Positions 46,342 through 56,027 of a stretch of DNA of 64,000 nt are shown piece by piece. The stretch spans positions 17,924 to 81,923 of the forward strand of contig JAQBRL010000016.1 in the NCBI GenBank assembly GCA_028286525.1, in the 5' to 3' direction. Source of the DNA: Parcubacteria group bacterium (lineage in GTDB: Bacteria > Patescibacteriota > Minisyncoccia > Phycocordibacterales > Phycocordibacteraceae). Every line of letters starts with the position of its first letter. Positions within the stretch are counted from its first letter, which is position 1. The position numbers and the translations under genes were made by a program. The notes under the pieces are model-generated. The model did not search any database. It was not told the origin of the DNA and worked only from the letters and a program-made list of their open reading frames with translations.

Positions 46342-48003
46342 CTATTCGCGAGGAAGATCGACAACTCGAAACACCTCTTCGAGGGAAGTAACTCCGTTCA
46401 GCGCCTTGATGACCCCATCCTGCGCCATCGTGAGAAAACCTTGGCGCTGCACTTCTTTCGCTATCTCGCCTTCGCTCGGGTTCGTTCGCAGGAATGCACC
46501 AAGTGCTTCGTCCATGAATATCGCCTCATACAGTCCGACGCGTCCCTTGTAGCCCGCGTCTCCATCAGGAACCCAGGTCATCTCGAGCGAAGTGGGGAGG
46601 AGTGCTTTGTCTTCTACAGTGGAAAGTATTTTTTCTACGAGTGCGCGCTGTTCGCCCGCAAGCGGTACCTGTTTCTTTTTTTCTGGATCGAGCATGCGCA
46701 CCAGACGCTGCGCCATGGCGATAGTGATAGCGGATGCGAAAGAAGTGGAATCGACACCCAGATCCACCAGACGGGGGAATGTTCCCGCGGCGTTGTTCGT
46801 GTGAAGCGTAGAAAAGACGAAGTGCCCGGTGAGCGCCGCTTGGATGGCGGTTTCCGCCACCTCCGCGTCGCGGATCTCGCCCACCATGATGACATCCGGG
46901 TCCTGCCGCAGGATGGAGCGAAGCCCTGAAGCGAAGGTGTACTGCTTCTCATCGGTCTGGGTCTGTACGATTCCCGGAAGATGGTATTCGATGGGGTCCT
47001 CGATGGTGATTATCTTGATATCCGGCGTATGGATATGGCGCAGGAAGGTATAGAGCGTCGTGGTCTTTCCGGAGCCGGTAGGACCTGTCGTCAGCAGCAT
47101 GCCGTTCGGGCGCTTTATCTCGGTCTCGAGCTTCGCGAGGAGTTTCGGATGGATACCGAGGCTGTCGAAGGTGACCTGTATCGATTCAGGGTTCAGGATG
47201 CGAAGCACTACCGACTCGCCGTACCCGCCTGGGATAAGCGACGTGCGTATCTCTATCTCGCTTCCGCCGATGTTGACCGAGAAACGGCCATCTTGCGCAC
47301 GATTGTCGACGTTCAGCTTGAGACCCGAGAGGAGCTTGATGCGCGAAGCGATACCGTGATACGTGTGTGCGTCGAATACATAGGCATCCACCAATATGCC
47401 GTCGAGGCGCAAACGCAGCCGCACCTCGTTCTCCTCCGGCTCGATGTGCACATCGGATGCGCGCATCGCGAAGGCCGCAGCGAGTATTTCCTCGAGGAGC
47501 TGCGAGGTCCGCGCGTGCTTCTTATCCGCGAGCAGGGCATCGAGATGCATTTTAAAATCACCGACCGTCGAAAGCTTCGTCTCGAGCGCCGCAAGCTCTT
47601 CTCCTTCGAGCCGGAACACTCCCGCCTCGCTTCCAAGCGCGAGGGAAAGGTCCGCATACCGCTCGAGCGCGTGGTCGATGCTTTTCTTCGAGGCCATGAA
47701 GCTGTCGACGATGAAATTCTGGTCCTGGAACTCCTTCAGGAGCGCGATGGCATGCGGATTCTGCGGGCTATGCATCGCGACCGAGAGATGCTTGCCGTTC
47801 TTATCGAAGGCGACCGCTTCAGCTTCGCGAGCCTTCTCTTCCGGTAGGAGACGGAGCGCATCCATGTTGATAGGGACGATAGTGAGATCGGTGTACGTGG
47901 CGCCGTATTTTTCCGAGAGGATACGGGCAAGGTCCTCTTCCTCGCGCTCGCGTATCGCCGCGAGCTTATCGTCCTCGGCGTCCGTGTTGAATGGGGTGTT
48001 CAT
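46342..48003 (-). CDS. Second PilB/GspE-family ATPase
   Basis: ASDVHIEP, AQDGR, GPTGSGKTT and LRQDPDVIMVGEIRD motifs; the start may instead be 48021. Confidence 0.9.
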   Translation of the reverse strand: MNTPFNTDAEDDKLAAIREREEEDLARILSEKYGATYTDLTIVPINMDALRLLPEEKAREAEAVAFDKNGKHLSVAMHSPQNPHAIALLKEFQDQNFIVDSFMASKKSIDHALERYADLSLALGSEAGVFRLEGEELAALETKLSTVGDFKMHLDALLADKKHARTSQLLEEILAAAFAMRASDVHIEPEENEVRLRLRLDGILVDAYVFDAHTYHGIASRIKLLSGLKLNVDNRAQDGRFSVNIGGSEIEIRTSLIPGGYGESVVLRILNPESIQVTFDSLGIHPKLLAKLETEIKRPNGMLLTTGPTGSGKTTTLYTFLRHIHTPDIKIITIEDPIEYHLPGIVQTQTDEKQYTFASGLRSILRQDPDVIMVGEIRDAEVAETAIQAALTGHFVFSTLHTNNAAGTFPRLVDLGVDSTSFASAITIAMAQRLVRMLDPEKKKQVPLAGEQRALVEKILSTVEDKALLPTSLEMTWVPDGDAGYKGRVGLYEAIFMDEALGAFLRTNPSEGEIAKEVQRQGFLTMAQDGVIKALNGVTSLEEVFRVVDLPRE

Positions 48004-48053
48004 ATGGCTTGTATAGGCCATGATAGCACCGCTTCTTGAGCTGGATGGGGGAC

Positions 48054-48083
48054 TTGACAATCTGCTATATTGTGCGCTATAAT
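48054..48083 (+). promoter_or_regulatory. Consensus sigma70 promoter
   Basis: TTGACA-18-TATAAT; AAGGAG Shine-Dalgarno before ATG 48113. Confidence 0.7.
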
Positions 48084-48112
48084 ATAGATTGCAACAACAA
48101 GGAGATACCTCG

Positions 48113-48865
48113 ATGCGCAGCATCGCTTTCATCGCCCTGGCCGCTCTTTCCATGAGTTCGGTCACCCTGCTTCCCGGGCTCGCCCAGGCGCAGACCACCC
48201 TCGCTGACCTACAGCAGGGTTCAGGCCCGGTCGTCCGGGTGCCCTCCGGCAGCATCTCTCCGGACATGCTGAACTTTTCGGAGCACCCGACGAGCGCTCC
48301 GAATATGCCCGTGAACACCGCCCCGCGTTCGTTCTCGAACGAGCGCGGAACGGCGACGGAGCGGACCTACGGCGGCGGACACCCGGTCCCGTTCGGCGTC
48401 GTCAGGCCCCCAGCCATTCGTCGCGCTCGCGCGAACGAAAGCTGGGAATGCATGATCGTCTCCCGTACGGAGCAGATGGCCTGCATCTTCTACGAGAAAG
48501 GCACCGACACGCAGGTTGCCGGCGAGCACTACTACTACTACACGCTCGACGGAAGGCCCATCGTCGACGAAGTTCGTCGTCAGCAAGCCGCAGCTCCGAG
48601 CTGGCAGCAAGCCCAGGCACCGAATCCCAACCGGGACGGCATGCCGCGCGACGCCAAGTACTACCACGCAGTCGAACCGACGCAGTCGGGCGGCGTCGTG
48701 GAGTACGGCCACGACGCATCGCCCTCGCTGCTCCAGTGGTTCGGCCTCGGTCTGCTTGCGGCGGTCGCCGGCCACAACGACGGCTACTACGGACGAGGGT
48801 TCGAACCCCCGCCCTATGGTGGCTCCCGCGGTGGCTGCGACCGTATCACCGGCCGCTGCCCCTGA
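48113..48865 (+). CDS. Secreted hypothetical protein
   Basis: Signal peptide MRSIAFIALAAL...AQA|Q; own promoter, SD and terminator. Confidence 0.75.
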   Translation: MRSIAFIALAALSMSSVTLLPGLAQAQTTLADLQQGSGPVVRVPSGSISPDMLNFSEHPTSAPNMPVNTAPRSFSNERGTATERTYGGGHPVPFGVVRPPAIRRARANESWECMIVSRTEQMACIFYEKGTDTQVAGEHYYYYTLDGRPIVDEVRRQQAAAPSWQQAQAPNPNRDGMPRDAKYYHAVEPTQSGGVVEYGHDASPSLLQWFGLGLLAAVAGHNDGYYGRGFEPPPYGGSRGGCDRITGRCP

Positions 48866-48893
48866 ACTCACTCAAAAGACCCCTCGACCTCTC

Positions 48894-48928
48894 GAGCGCT
48901 CGCCCTCCCCGGCGAGCGCTCTTCTTTT
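48894..48928 (+). terminator. Intrinsic terminator
   Basis: GAGCGCTCGCC-ctcccc-GGCGAGCGCTC followed by TTCTTTT. Confidence 0.8.
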
Positions 48929-48948
48929 ATGAGAGGTACAATCAGGTC

Positions 48949-49383
48949 GTGGAAAAGCGAATCGAAAATCTAGAGGCGCTCGAACAGGAAGCGCGAAATT
49001 TCATACACGCGCTCGCTCCGGGTGAGAAAGCCACGCTCGTGACCCTTTCGGGAGAGCTGGGAGCAGGGAAGACCACCTTCACGCAGGCGCTTGCTCAGGC
49101 ACTCGGAGTCGCCGAAACGGTGACGAGTCCTACCTTCGTGCTCGAGAAGATATACGAACTTCCTGCGTCCGCACCGTTCCGCCGCTTGGTGCACATCGAT
49201 GCGTATCGCCTGAATGGAGGGCATGAACTCGCGTCGCTCGGTTTCTCGGAACTCATGAAAGATGTCGGCAACCTCATCGTGCTTGAATGGCCTGAGCGCG
49301 TTGCGAATATGCTTCCTCCCGCGACAGTCGCGATAACCCTTATCCCAGAAGCCGACGGCGCACGAACCATGACCTATGCCTAA
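48949..49383 (+). CDS. tsaE: tRNA t6A biosynthesis ATPase TsaE
   Basis: GELGAGKTT, VTSPTF, HIDAYR and LEW motifs; GTG 6 nt after TACAAT. Confidence 0.93.
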   Translation: MEKRIENLEALEQEARNFIHALAPGEKATLVTLSGELGAGKTTFTQALAQALGVAETVTSPTFVLEKIYELPASAPFRRLVHIDAYRLNGGHELASLGFSELMKDVGNLIVLEWPERVANMLPPATVAITLIPEADGARTMTYA

Positions 49384-51775
49384 AAAAAAGACCGAAAAGA
49401 AGCGGCTTGTCATACTCGACTCCCACGCGATCATCCATCGGGCCTACCATGCCCTTCCGGATTTCTCGGGACCGGACGGCCAGCCTACAGGTGCGCTCTA
49501 TGGGCTCGCCTCGATGCTGCTGCGCATCTTCGGGGACCTCAAGCCCGACTACATAGCGGCCGCATACGATCTTGCGGGGCCCACCGTGCGTCATGAAGCG
49601 TACGCCGAATATAAAGGCACCCGCAGCAAGATCGATGACGCGCTCATCGCGCAGCTCACTACCTCCCGCGACGTGTTCGCGGCGTTTTCAGTACCTATAT
49701 ACGAGCGCGCGGGATTCGAAGCGGACGATGTGATCGGTACCATCGTTAAAATGCTCGAGAAGGACAAGGATATGGAACTGGTCATCGCTTCGGGCGATAT
49801 GGACACCATGCAACTCATCGATGGGAAAAAAGTGCAGGTGTACACGCTCAAGAAGGGACTGAACGACACCATTCTCTACGACGAGCAGGCAGTCATCGAC
49901 CGCTACGGCTTTGCTCCCGAGCTCATCCCTGACTACAAAGGCCTGCGCGGAGACCCTTCGGACAACATCAAAGGCGTGCCCGGTATAGGCGAAAAGACCG
50001 CGACCGAGCTCATCACCCATTTCGGTACGGTAGAGAATCTCTATAAAGTGCTTAAGAAAGATGAGCAGAAGGTGCTCGATGCCGGCATCAAGCCGCGCAT
50101 CGTGAATCTGCTCAAAGAGCATGAAGAGGATGCCTTGTTCTCCAAAGCCCTCGCGATGATACGCGACGATGCGCCGATCGCGTTCCAGGTCCCGAAGAAG
50201 GAGTGGCAGGAGGAAGTGAAGCTCGAGCGGATCACGAAGCTGTTCGACGATCTTGGATTCAGGTCATTGCGCGGTCGCGCGCAGTCGCTGCTCGGGAGCG
50301 GGACATCCGACGATGATGAGCCTTTCGAAGAGGCTGCCGAAGAAACCGTGCCGCAGGAGCGCCTTGAAGAAGCGAAAGTCATGCTGTGGCTGCTGTGCTC
50401 GGATTTCACCAATCCTGCGCAAGAGGATGTGCTCGGCTACACCGGCAAGGCGACCTTCGACGAAGCGTATGCGGACCTCGCGAAATCGATACACGAGACC
50501 GGACGGCTGCAGAGCGTGTACGACGAGATAGAGCGACCGCTTATCCCGATCATCGAGGCGATGAAGCAGCACGGGGTGCTCATCGATAGGAAAGCGCTCG
50601 CGAAATTGTCGAAGGAGTACCACGCCGATCTAACTGCGATAGAGAAACGCATCTACAAGATCGTCGGGCATGAATTCAATATCGCGTCCCCCAAACAGCT
50701 CGGCGACGTGCTCTTCGACGAGCTCATGCTCGCGACCCCGGGCGCAAAATCCCAGAAGAAGACCGCGACCGGACAGCGCTCGACGAAAGAATCCGAACTC
50801 GAGAAGCTCCGCGAGGTGCACCCCATCATCGATGACATTCTCGAATATCGCGGACTCGCGAAGCTTCTCGGGACGTATATCGACAATCTTCCGGAACTGC
50901 TCGATGAGAAGGATCGGCTGCACGCGCAATTCTTGCAGTACGGGGCCGTGACCGGCCGCATGGCGAGCGTGAATCCAGGTCTCCAGAACATCCCGATACG
51001 CACCGAACGCGGTCGCGCCATCAGGAACGCGTTCATTGCGCCTCCCGGCTACACCTTGCTTGCGCTCGATTACTCGCAGATAGAGCTGCGGCTTGCCGCC
51101 ATCCTCTCGAAGGATAAGAAGCTCATCGATATCTTCGCGTCCGGTCGCGATGTGCACCGCGAGGTCGCCGCGGCCGTTTTCGGGGTAGCTCCCGAAAACG
51201 TGGATCCCGAGATGCGCAGGCGCGCGAAGATAATCAATTTCGGGATCCTCTACGGCATGGGCGCGAATGCCCTCAAGGCGCAGCTCGGCACCTCGATGGG
51301 CGAAGCGCATCAATTCCAAGAGGACTATTTCGCTACCTTCGATACGCTTGCGAAGTATCTCGAATCGACCCGTGGCTTTGCCCGCAAGAACGGCTTCACC
51401 GAAACGCTGTTCGGCAGACGTCGGCAATTCCCGGAGATGAAATCCCCGTTGCCGTACGTGCGTGCGCAGGCCGAACGCATGGCCATCAACGCCCCGATAC
51501 AAGGAACCCAAGCCGATATCATCAAGCTCGCGATGGTCGCGATCGACGAGATGCTCGTGCAAGAAGGCGTGCGTCATCAGGCCCATCTGCTGCTGCAGGT
51601 GCACGACGAACTCGTCTACGAGATCCAGGAGGACAAGCTCGCAGAGCTTTGCAAGAAGATAAAGCGCATCATGGAAACGGTCTTGCCTGAAAGCGAGACG
51701 CATGGCGTACCCATCATTGCCGAGACGAAGGCTGGAAAGGATTGGGGGAGTGCACAACCCTTCCTCGCGGAGTAG
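49376..51775 (+). CDS. polA: DNA polymerase I
   Basis: 5'-3' exonuclease (EADD, GDPSDNIKGVPGIG) and Pol A motifs DYSQIELR, KIINFGILYG, QVHDE. Confidence 0.96.
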   Translation: MPKKKTEKKRLVILDSHAIIHRAYHALPDFSGPDGQPTGALYGLASMLLRIFGDLKPDYIAAAYDLAGPTVRHEAYAEYKGTRSKIDDALIAQLTTSRDVFAAFSVPIYERAGFEADDVIGTIVKMLEKDKDMELVIASGDMDTMQLIDGKKVQVYTLKKGLNDTILYDEQAVIDRYGFAPELIPDYKGLRGDPSDNIKGVPGIGEKTATELITHFGTVENLYKVLKKDEQKVLDAGIKPRIVNLLKEHEEDALFSKALAMIRDDAPIAFQVPKKEWQEEVKLERITKLFDDLGFRSLRGRAQSLLGSGTSDDDEPFEEAAEETVPQERLEEAKVMLWLLCSDFTNPAQEDVLGYTGKATFDEAYADLAKSIHETGRLQSVYDEIERPLIPIIEAMKQHGVLIDRKALAKLSKEYHADLTAIEKRIYKIVGHEFNIASPKQLGDVLFDELMLATPGAKSQKKTATGQRSTKESELEKLREVHPIIDDILEYRGLAKLLGTYIDNLPELLDEKDRLHAQFLQYGAVTGRMASVNPGLQNIPIRTERGRAIRNAFIAPPGYTLLALDYSQIELRLAAILSKDKKLIDIFASGRDVHREVAAAVFGVAPENVDPEMRRRAKIINFGILYGMGANALKAQLGTSMGEAHQFQEDYFATFDTLAKYLESTRGFARKNGFTETLFGRRRQFPEMKSPLPYVRAQAERMAINAPIQGTQADIIKLAMVAIDEMLVQEGVRHQAHLLLQVHDELVYEIQEDKLAELCKKIKRIMETVLPESETHGVPIIAETKAGKDWGSAQPFLAE

Positions 51776-51823
51776 AGGGCAGCGCTATACTGAGGAAGGC
51801 GCTCGCAAGTTGGGGAATGCATC

Positions 51824-51979
51824 ATGGCCTACGTTGAAGACGTCTGCCCTCCGGTGGAGGCCGAAGATATTCCGGACTCGAAACGACTACCCGTCGCGTT
51901 CGGAATCGCTATCGCCGCTTTCGCCGGGCTGTCCTTCTGGACAGCAGTCGCCGCAGGAATACACGCGATCCTCGCCTAA
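51824..51979 (+). CDS. Small single-TM protein, 51 aa
   Basis: Hand translation MAYVEDVCPPVEAEDIPDSKRLPVAFGIAIAAFAGLSFWTAVAAGIHAILA*; TATACT at 51786; terminator at 51998-52035. Confidence 0.55.
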   Translation: MAYVEDVCPPVEAEDIPDSKRLPVAFGIAIAAFAGLSFWTAVAAGIHAILA

Positions 51980-52052
51980 AGACCTTTCACGGTTCGGAAG
52001 AACGGGCGCCTCTCCCTGAGGTCGCCTGTTTCTTTTGCTATACAATACGTCC

Positions 52053-52703
52053 ATGATCTATCTCTTTACGGGATCCGATACCGAAAAGGTCCGGGCAAAA
52101 GCTTTCGCCTGGGTTGCTGCGGCTCGCGCAAAAGCGCCCGAGGCTCCCTACATCCGTTTGAATGCGGACACGATAACTCCGGACGCGCTTTCGGAAGTCA
52201 TCCAATCGCAAGGACTTTTCTTCTCGAAGATGCTCGTGCTCCTCGATGACCCGTTCGCGCTTGCAGAGGTGGGCGAATCGGTGCTCGACGCGCTCCCGCA
52301 GCTCCGAGAATCTCAGAACCCCATCGCCATCGTGGCGCCGAAGCTCCTTGCGGCGCGCGCGAAGAAGCTGGAAGCGGTCGCGGAGAAAGTCTTCAAGATA
52401 GATGCGTCCGAAAAGAAACCGGCACACGGCTTCAACAGTGCTCTTGTGAACGCGCTCGCCGCGCGCGATAGGCACGGATTATGGAAAGAGCTTATGCGAG
52501 CGCAGCGGCAGGGCGACGTTCCCGAAATGCTGCATGGCTTGCTGCACTGGAAAGCGCGCGACCTTATGAGCAAAGGGGGAAGGGGATGGAGCGCAGAGGA
52601 AGCACGGGCGCTTTCCCGCTCGCTCATTGAACTCCTTTCGGACTCGCGCAGCGGTGACTTGCCGCTTTCGCTCCAGCTCGAGCGTTTCGCTCTTTCGATA
52701 TAG
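52053..52703 (+). CDS. holA: DNA polymerase III delta subunit-like
   Basis: MIYLFTGSD, QSQGLF and C-terminal LERFALS. Confidence 0.7.
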   Translation: MIYLFTGSDTEKVRAKAFAWVAAARAKAPEAPYIRLNADTITPDALSEVIQSQGLFFSKMLVLLDDPFALAEVGESVLDALPQLRESQNPIAIVAPKLLAARAKKLEAVAEKVFKIDASEKKPAHGFNSALVNALAARDRHGLWKELMRAQRQGDVPEMLHGLLHWKARDLMSKGGRGWSAEEARALSRSLIELLSDSRSGDLPLSLQLERFALSI

Positions 52704-52869
52704 AAGCGGGCTCGCTTCTTTGTGGTCACGAGTCACTAAGCGTTTTGCTCCAGGTATTCGCAAACCGCTAAGTGCTCTCGACCTCGCCTCGCGGTTTTCG
52801 ACGACGAAAACATCGCTGCGGCTCGCACACGCCGAAAGCCTGACGCAGGTCAGGCTTTCTTGTCGCGTG

Positions 52870-52942
52870 TGCGCCCACCAGGGCTCGAACCTGGGACCGT
52901 CTCCTTAAAAGGGAGCTGCTCTACCGACTGAGCTATGGGCGC
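52870..52942 (-). tRNA. tRNA-Lys(UUU)
   Basis: Cloverleaf; anticodon loop CTTTTAA. Confidence 0.95.
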
Positions 52943-52991
52943 ATTTCCTTATTTATGACTCACTCAAACTAGCACTTACTGTCTCGGTTTT

Positions 52992-53624
52992 CTAGTACGC
53001 GAACGAATCGACGACTTTGCCGTTCGCGTCGGTGAGGGTTATCGTCTCGCCCGAGGGAGCGTACATTTCAAGATTACGATTCAGGAATATGCAGGACGCG
53101 CCTCCGGTGCAGACGCCCGTGCTCAAGAGTTGGCCTGCTTCCGCCCGCCCGCTGACGATCGTGATATTTTGCCCCGCACCGAGCACGGTATTGGCGATGG
53201 TAACCGCGTCTCCGGTCGCTTTGCTTGCGAGCCGCCAGCCACTGAGAGTTACGGTCGTCGTGCCGCTATTGTCGATCGTTACGTATTCTTGATTGGGGTT
53301 TCCGGATATCACTCCTACCGTCGAACGCTCGAGGTACACGCGATCGGCATACGGCGAGCCTGCTTGCGGTACGGTGCGCATATAGAAGTCTTTACCGCTC
53401 GAAATGGTGGTACCCCCTCCTGCGATTTGCTTGGGATAGGAAGAGGTGTCGATGGGATTCGCTGGAATGATAGTGCGGTACCCCTGGGACTCTTCCCCAG
53501 GGCGGGTGACCGGCGTGATGAAGAGACCCGCCTGGGATATGGGTCGCGAAGGGCCGCCGGTCGCTACCCACGCGGCGAATATGAATACGATGCACATGAT
53601 GACGAAGAGGCCGTCGGTTTGCAT
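52992..53624 (-). CDS. Lamin-tail-domain-containing membrane-anchored protein
   Basis: QEYVTIDNSG..VTLSGWRL and GETITLTDANGKVVD. Confidence 0.75.
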   Translation of the reverse strand: MQTDGLFVIMCIVFIFAAWVATGGPSRPISQAGLFITPVTRPGEESQGYRTIIPANPIDTSSYPKQIAGGGTTISSGKDFYMRTVPQAGSPYADRVYLERSTVGVISGNPNQEYVTIDNSGTTTVTLSGWRLASKATGDAVTIANTVLGAGQNITIVSGRAEAGQLLSTGVCTGGASCIFLNRNLEMYAPSGETITLTDANGKVVDSFAY

Positions 53625-53640
53625 ACCGTAATGATAGCAA

Positions 53641-54900
53641 TTAATGCCGGAGACGTTCGAGCTCTTCGCGCACTACCTCCGAGTCGCTCCATATCTCTTT
53701 TTTTCCGTGCGCTCGCATGATGTACGGATCGGTACCCTTGCCGGACACCAGCACGACGTCGCCTTTCGAAGCCTTTTTGAGTGCTGCGGCGATGGCAGCT
53801 CGTCTGTCCATGATAATAGTAGGGGCACGTTTCATGCCGGCAGCCATCGCCGCGACGATCGTTCGCGGGTCTTCATCGTATGGGTCCTCGTCCGTAAGGA
53901 TGACCTCGGTGCAGTACTGGTCGGAGATGCGGCCCATCTCCGGGCGCTTCCAGGTATCGCGCCCGCCCCCGGTATTCCCAAGCACGCATATCTTAGGGCG
54001 GTCGCCGTACGCTTTATAGAGCGCTTCGAGCGAGTCGGGGGTATGCGCGTAGTCCACGACCGCAAGGAAATCCTGGCCAGCGACGATGCGCTCGGCGCGT
54101 CCAGCGATGCGTGAGAGTGAAGCAAGCGCGGCAGCGGCGTCCTTGAGAGCAACGCCGAAGAACGATGCGGTTTTTATGGCGGCGAGCGCGTTCAAGGCGC
54201 TGAAGGCGCCGGGATGGGGAAGCGTGAATCCCGTTCCTTCATAGGTAAATGCGATACCGGTATCGGTAGGGATCAGATCGGCGGCGTCGGCGAGGGCGAA
54301 CGGAATCGAGCGCTCGACTGCAAGCGCAAGGAAGCGTGCGCCATACGTACTGTCGGCGTTCGCGATGATGGCACGCGGACGTTTGGGCGACCGCACGAGG
54401 GCACGTCCGATGCGGTACTTCGCTTGGAAATACTGCTCCATGCCACCATGGCTCTCGAGATGCTCTTTCTCGAGATTCGTGAAGACGAGCGCATCGAGAT
54501 CGAGGAAGAGGTGACGGTACTGCAAGGCCGCTTCGCTGGTTATCTCGATGACCGCATGCGTTGCTCCCTTGCCGACGGCCTCATGCAGGAATTTTTGTAT
54601 GAATCCGCGTCCCGGCAGGGTCATCTTGTACCTGTTCGGACGCGACTCCGTTCCTATAGTGAAATGGATGGTGCTCGATACCGCGACCGTGTGTCCCGCG
54701 TGCGTGAGAATGGCTGCAACCATTTCGGTCACGGAGGATTTTCCTTTCGTGCCGGTCACTCCTATGACCGTGAGCTTTCGAGCTGGAAATCCATACCGAG
54801 CGGCAGCGAACATCGTCCAGAGCAGATGATACGGCGCAAGCAGCGCGCGATACAGGCGGCGGGGAAGGAGCGATTGTATGAATGCCTTGAGCGCGCTCAT
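53641..54900 (-). CDS. murE: Mur ligase, MurE-like
   Basis: GVTGTKGKSS, VDYAHTPD, GGGRD and SGKG motifs. Confidence 0.88.
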   Translation of the reverse strand: MSALKAFIQSLLPRRLYRALLAPYHLLWTMFAAARYGFPARKLTVIGVTGTKGKSSVTEMVAAILTHAGHTVAVSSTIHFTIGTESRPNRYKMTLPGRGFIQKFLHEAVGKGATHAVIEITSEAALQYRHLFLDLDALVFTNLEKEHLESHGGMEQYFQAKYRIGRALVRSPKRPRAIIANADSTYGARFLALAVERSIPFALADAADLIPTDTGIAFTYEGTGFTLPHPGAFSALNALAAIKTASFFGVALKDAAAALASLSRIAGRAERIVAGQDFLAVVDYAHTPDSLEALYKAYGDRPKICVLGNTGGGRDTWKRPEMGRISDQYCTEVILTDEDPYDEDPRTIVAAMAAGMKRAPTIIMDRRAAIAAALKKASKGDVVLVSGKGTDPYIMRAHGKKEIWSDSEVVREELERLRH

Positions 54901-54901
54901 G

Positions 54902-55453
54902 CTAGCGAGAGGCGCTGGTGAGCGCCGCCTTCAGTCGGGCGTCCTTGCCGGCGACATCCTTCGGGATGTTCGCGACGCAGGCGCGCGCCTCGCGCTCGGT
55001 GTAGCCGAGCGCGACCAGCGTATCGAATACTTCCGCATCGCCCTCGTCATGCGTTCCTGTGATTCCTATTTTTTCCGATAGTTCCACGAGTATCTTCTCG
55101 GCGGCTTTCTTGCCGAGTCCGGCAACGCGCGTGAGATAGTCGAGGTCGCGCTTTCCTATGGCTCCGCGCAACGCCTCGCGCGGCGCTTTGCGCAGGATGG
55201 CGAGAGCGGTCTTGGGGCCCACGCCCGGTACCCCGAGCAGCATCTCGAAGAAGCGCATATCGTCGGTGGTGGTGAAGCCATAGAGCTCGAGTCCGTCCTG
55301 CTTCACGGCAAGATAGGTATGCAGCATGCCTTCCTCACCCTCGATGAGGCCTTCTGGAGACGCCATGCAGACGAATATCCCGAAGCCAGCGACCTCGATA
55401 ACGGCGCCCAGCGGGCTCGTTTCCAGCACCCTTCCGCGTACCTGCCGGATCAT
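54902..55453 (-). CDS. ruvA: Holliday junction DNA-binding protein RuvA
   Basis: LYGF, GVGPKTA, GLGKKAAEKILVEL and LVALGY motifs. Confidence 0.95.
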   Translation of the reverse strand: MIRQVRGRVLETSPLGAVIEVAGFGIFVCMASPEGLIEGEEGMLHTYLAVKQDGLELYGFTTTDDMRFFEMLLGVPGVGPKTALAILRKAPREALRGAIGKRDLDYLTRVAGLGKKAAEKILVELSEKIGITGTHDEGDAEVFDTLVALGYTEREARACVANIPKDVAGKDARLKAALTSASR

Positions 55454-55534
55454 ATAGAGGTATCGTAGCATTTCGGACGCAAAACGGCGGCCTACCTTGC
55501 GGAATCGTGAGCGTTCGCGTACTATGCCCGAACA

Positions 55535-55804
55535 ATGGCAATCACGAAATCAGCGAAGAAAGCCCACCGCGCAAGCTTGAAAAAGCACGTGTTCAACGTT
55601 CGTCGCAAGCGGGCGCTTACCGAAACCACCAAGACGGTGAAGAAGCTTATCGTGACCGATACCAAGGCCGCCACGCAGGCACTTAGTGCGGCCTACCAGG
55701 CTATCGACAAGGCGGCCAAGCGCGGCGTCATCAAGAAGAACACCGCAAGCCGCAAGAAATCGCGCCTCGCGCTCGCGATAAAGCGCGCAGAAGCAGTCAA
55801 GTAA
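55535..55804 (+). CDS. rpsT: 30S ribosomal protein S20
   Basis: SAKKA...IDKAAKRGVIKKNTASRKKSRL. Confidence 0.96.
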   Translation: MAITKSAKKAHRASLKKHVFNVRRKRALTETTKTVKKLIVTDTKAATQALSAAYQAIDKAAKRGVIKKNTASRKKSRLALAIKRAEAVK

Positions 55805-55828
55805 AAACCGCCCGAGAGGGCGGTTTTT
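55803..55828. terminator. Bidirectional intrinsic terminator
   Basis: AAAAACCGCCC-gaga-GGGCGGTTTTT. Confidence 0.85.
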
Positions 55829-55836
55829 ACTTTCTG

Positions 55837-55908
55837 TGCTCCCAGCAGGAATCGAACCTGCATCTGCTCCTTCGGAGGGAGCTGTCCTATCCATTGAACG
55901 ACGGGAGC
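55837..55908 (-). tRNA. tRNA-Arg(CCG)
   Basis: Cloverleaf; anticodon loop CTCCGAA. Confidence 0.95.
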
Positions 55909-56027
55909 GTGAACCCCACTCTACCAAATTTGCCTGTGGTCACCCATAAATCCCGGCTGGGATTTTGGTCGACCTCGCGACTGCGCACCGTCGCGCTTCC
56001 GTCTAGCGCAATCTGCCCCGCATAGTG

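Noticed and set aside
48448-48948. Arg-rich extension of the tsaE ORF
   Set aside because: It overlaps another gene and a terminator; GTG 48949 follows a -10 box
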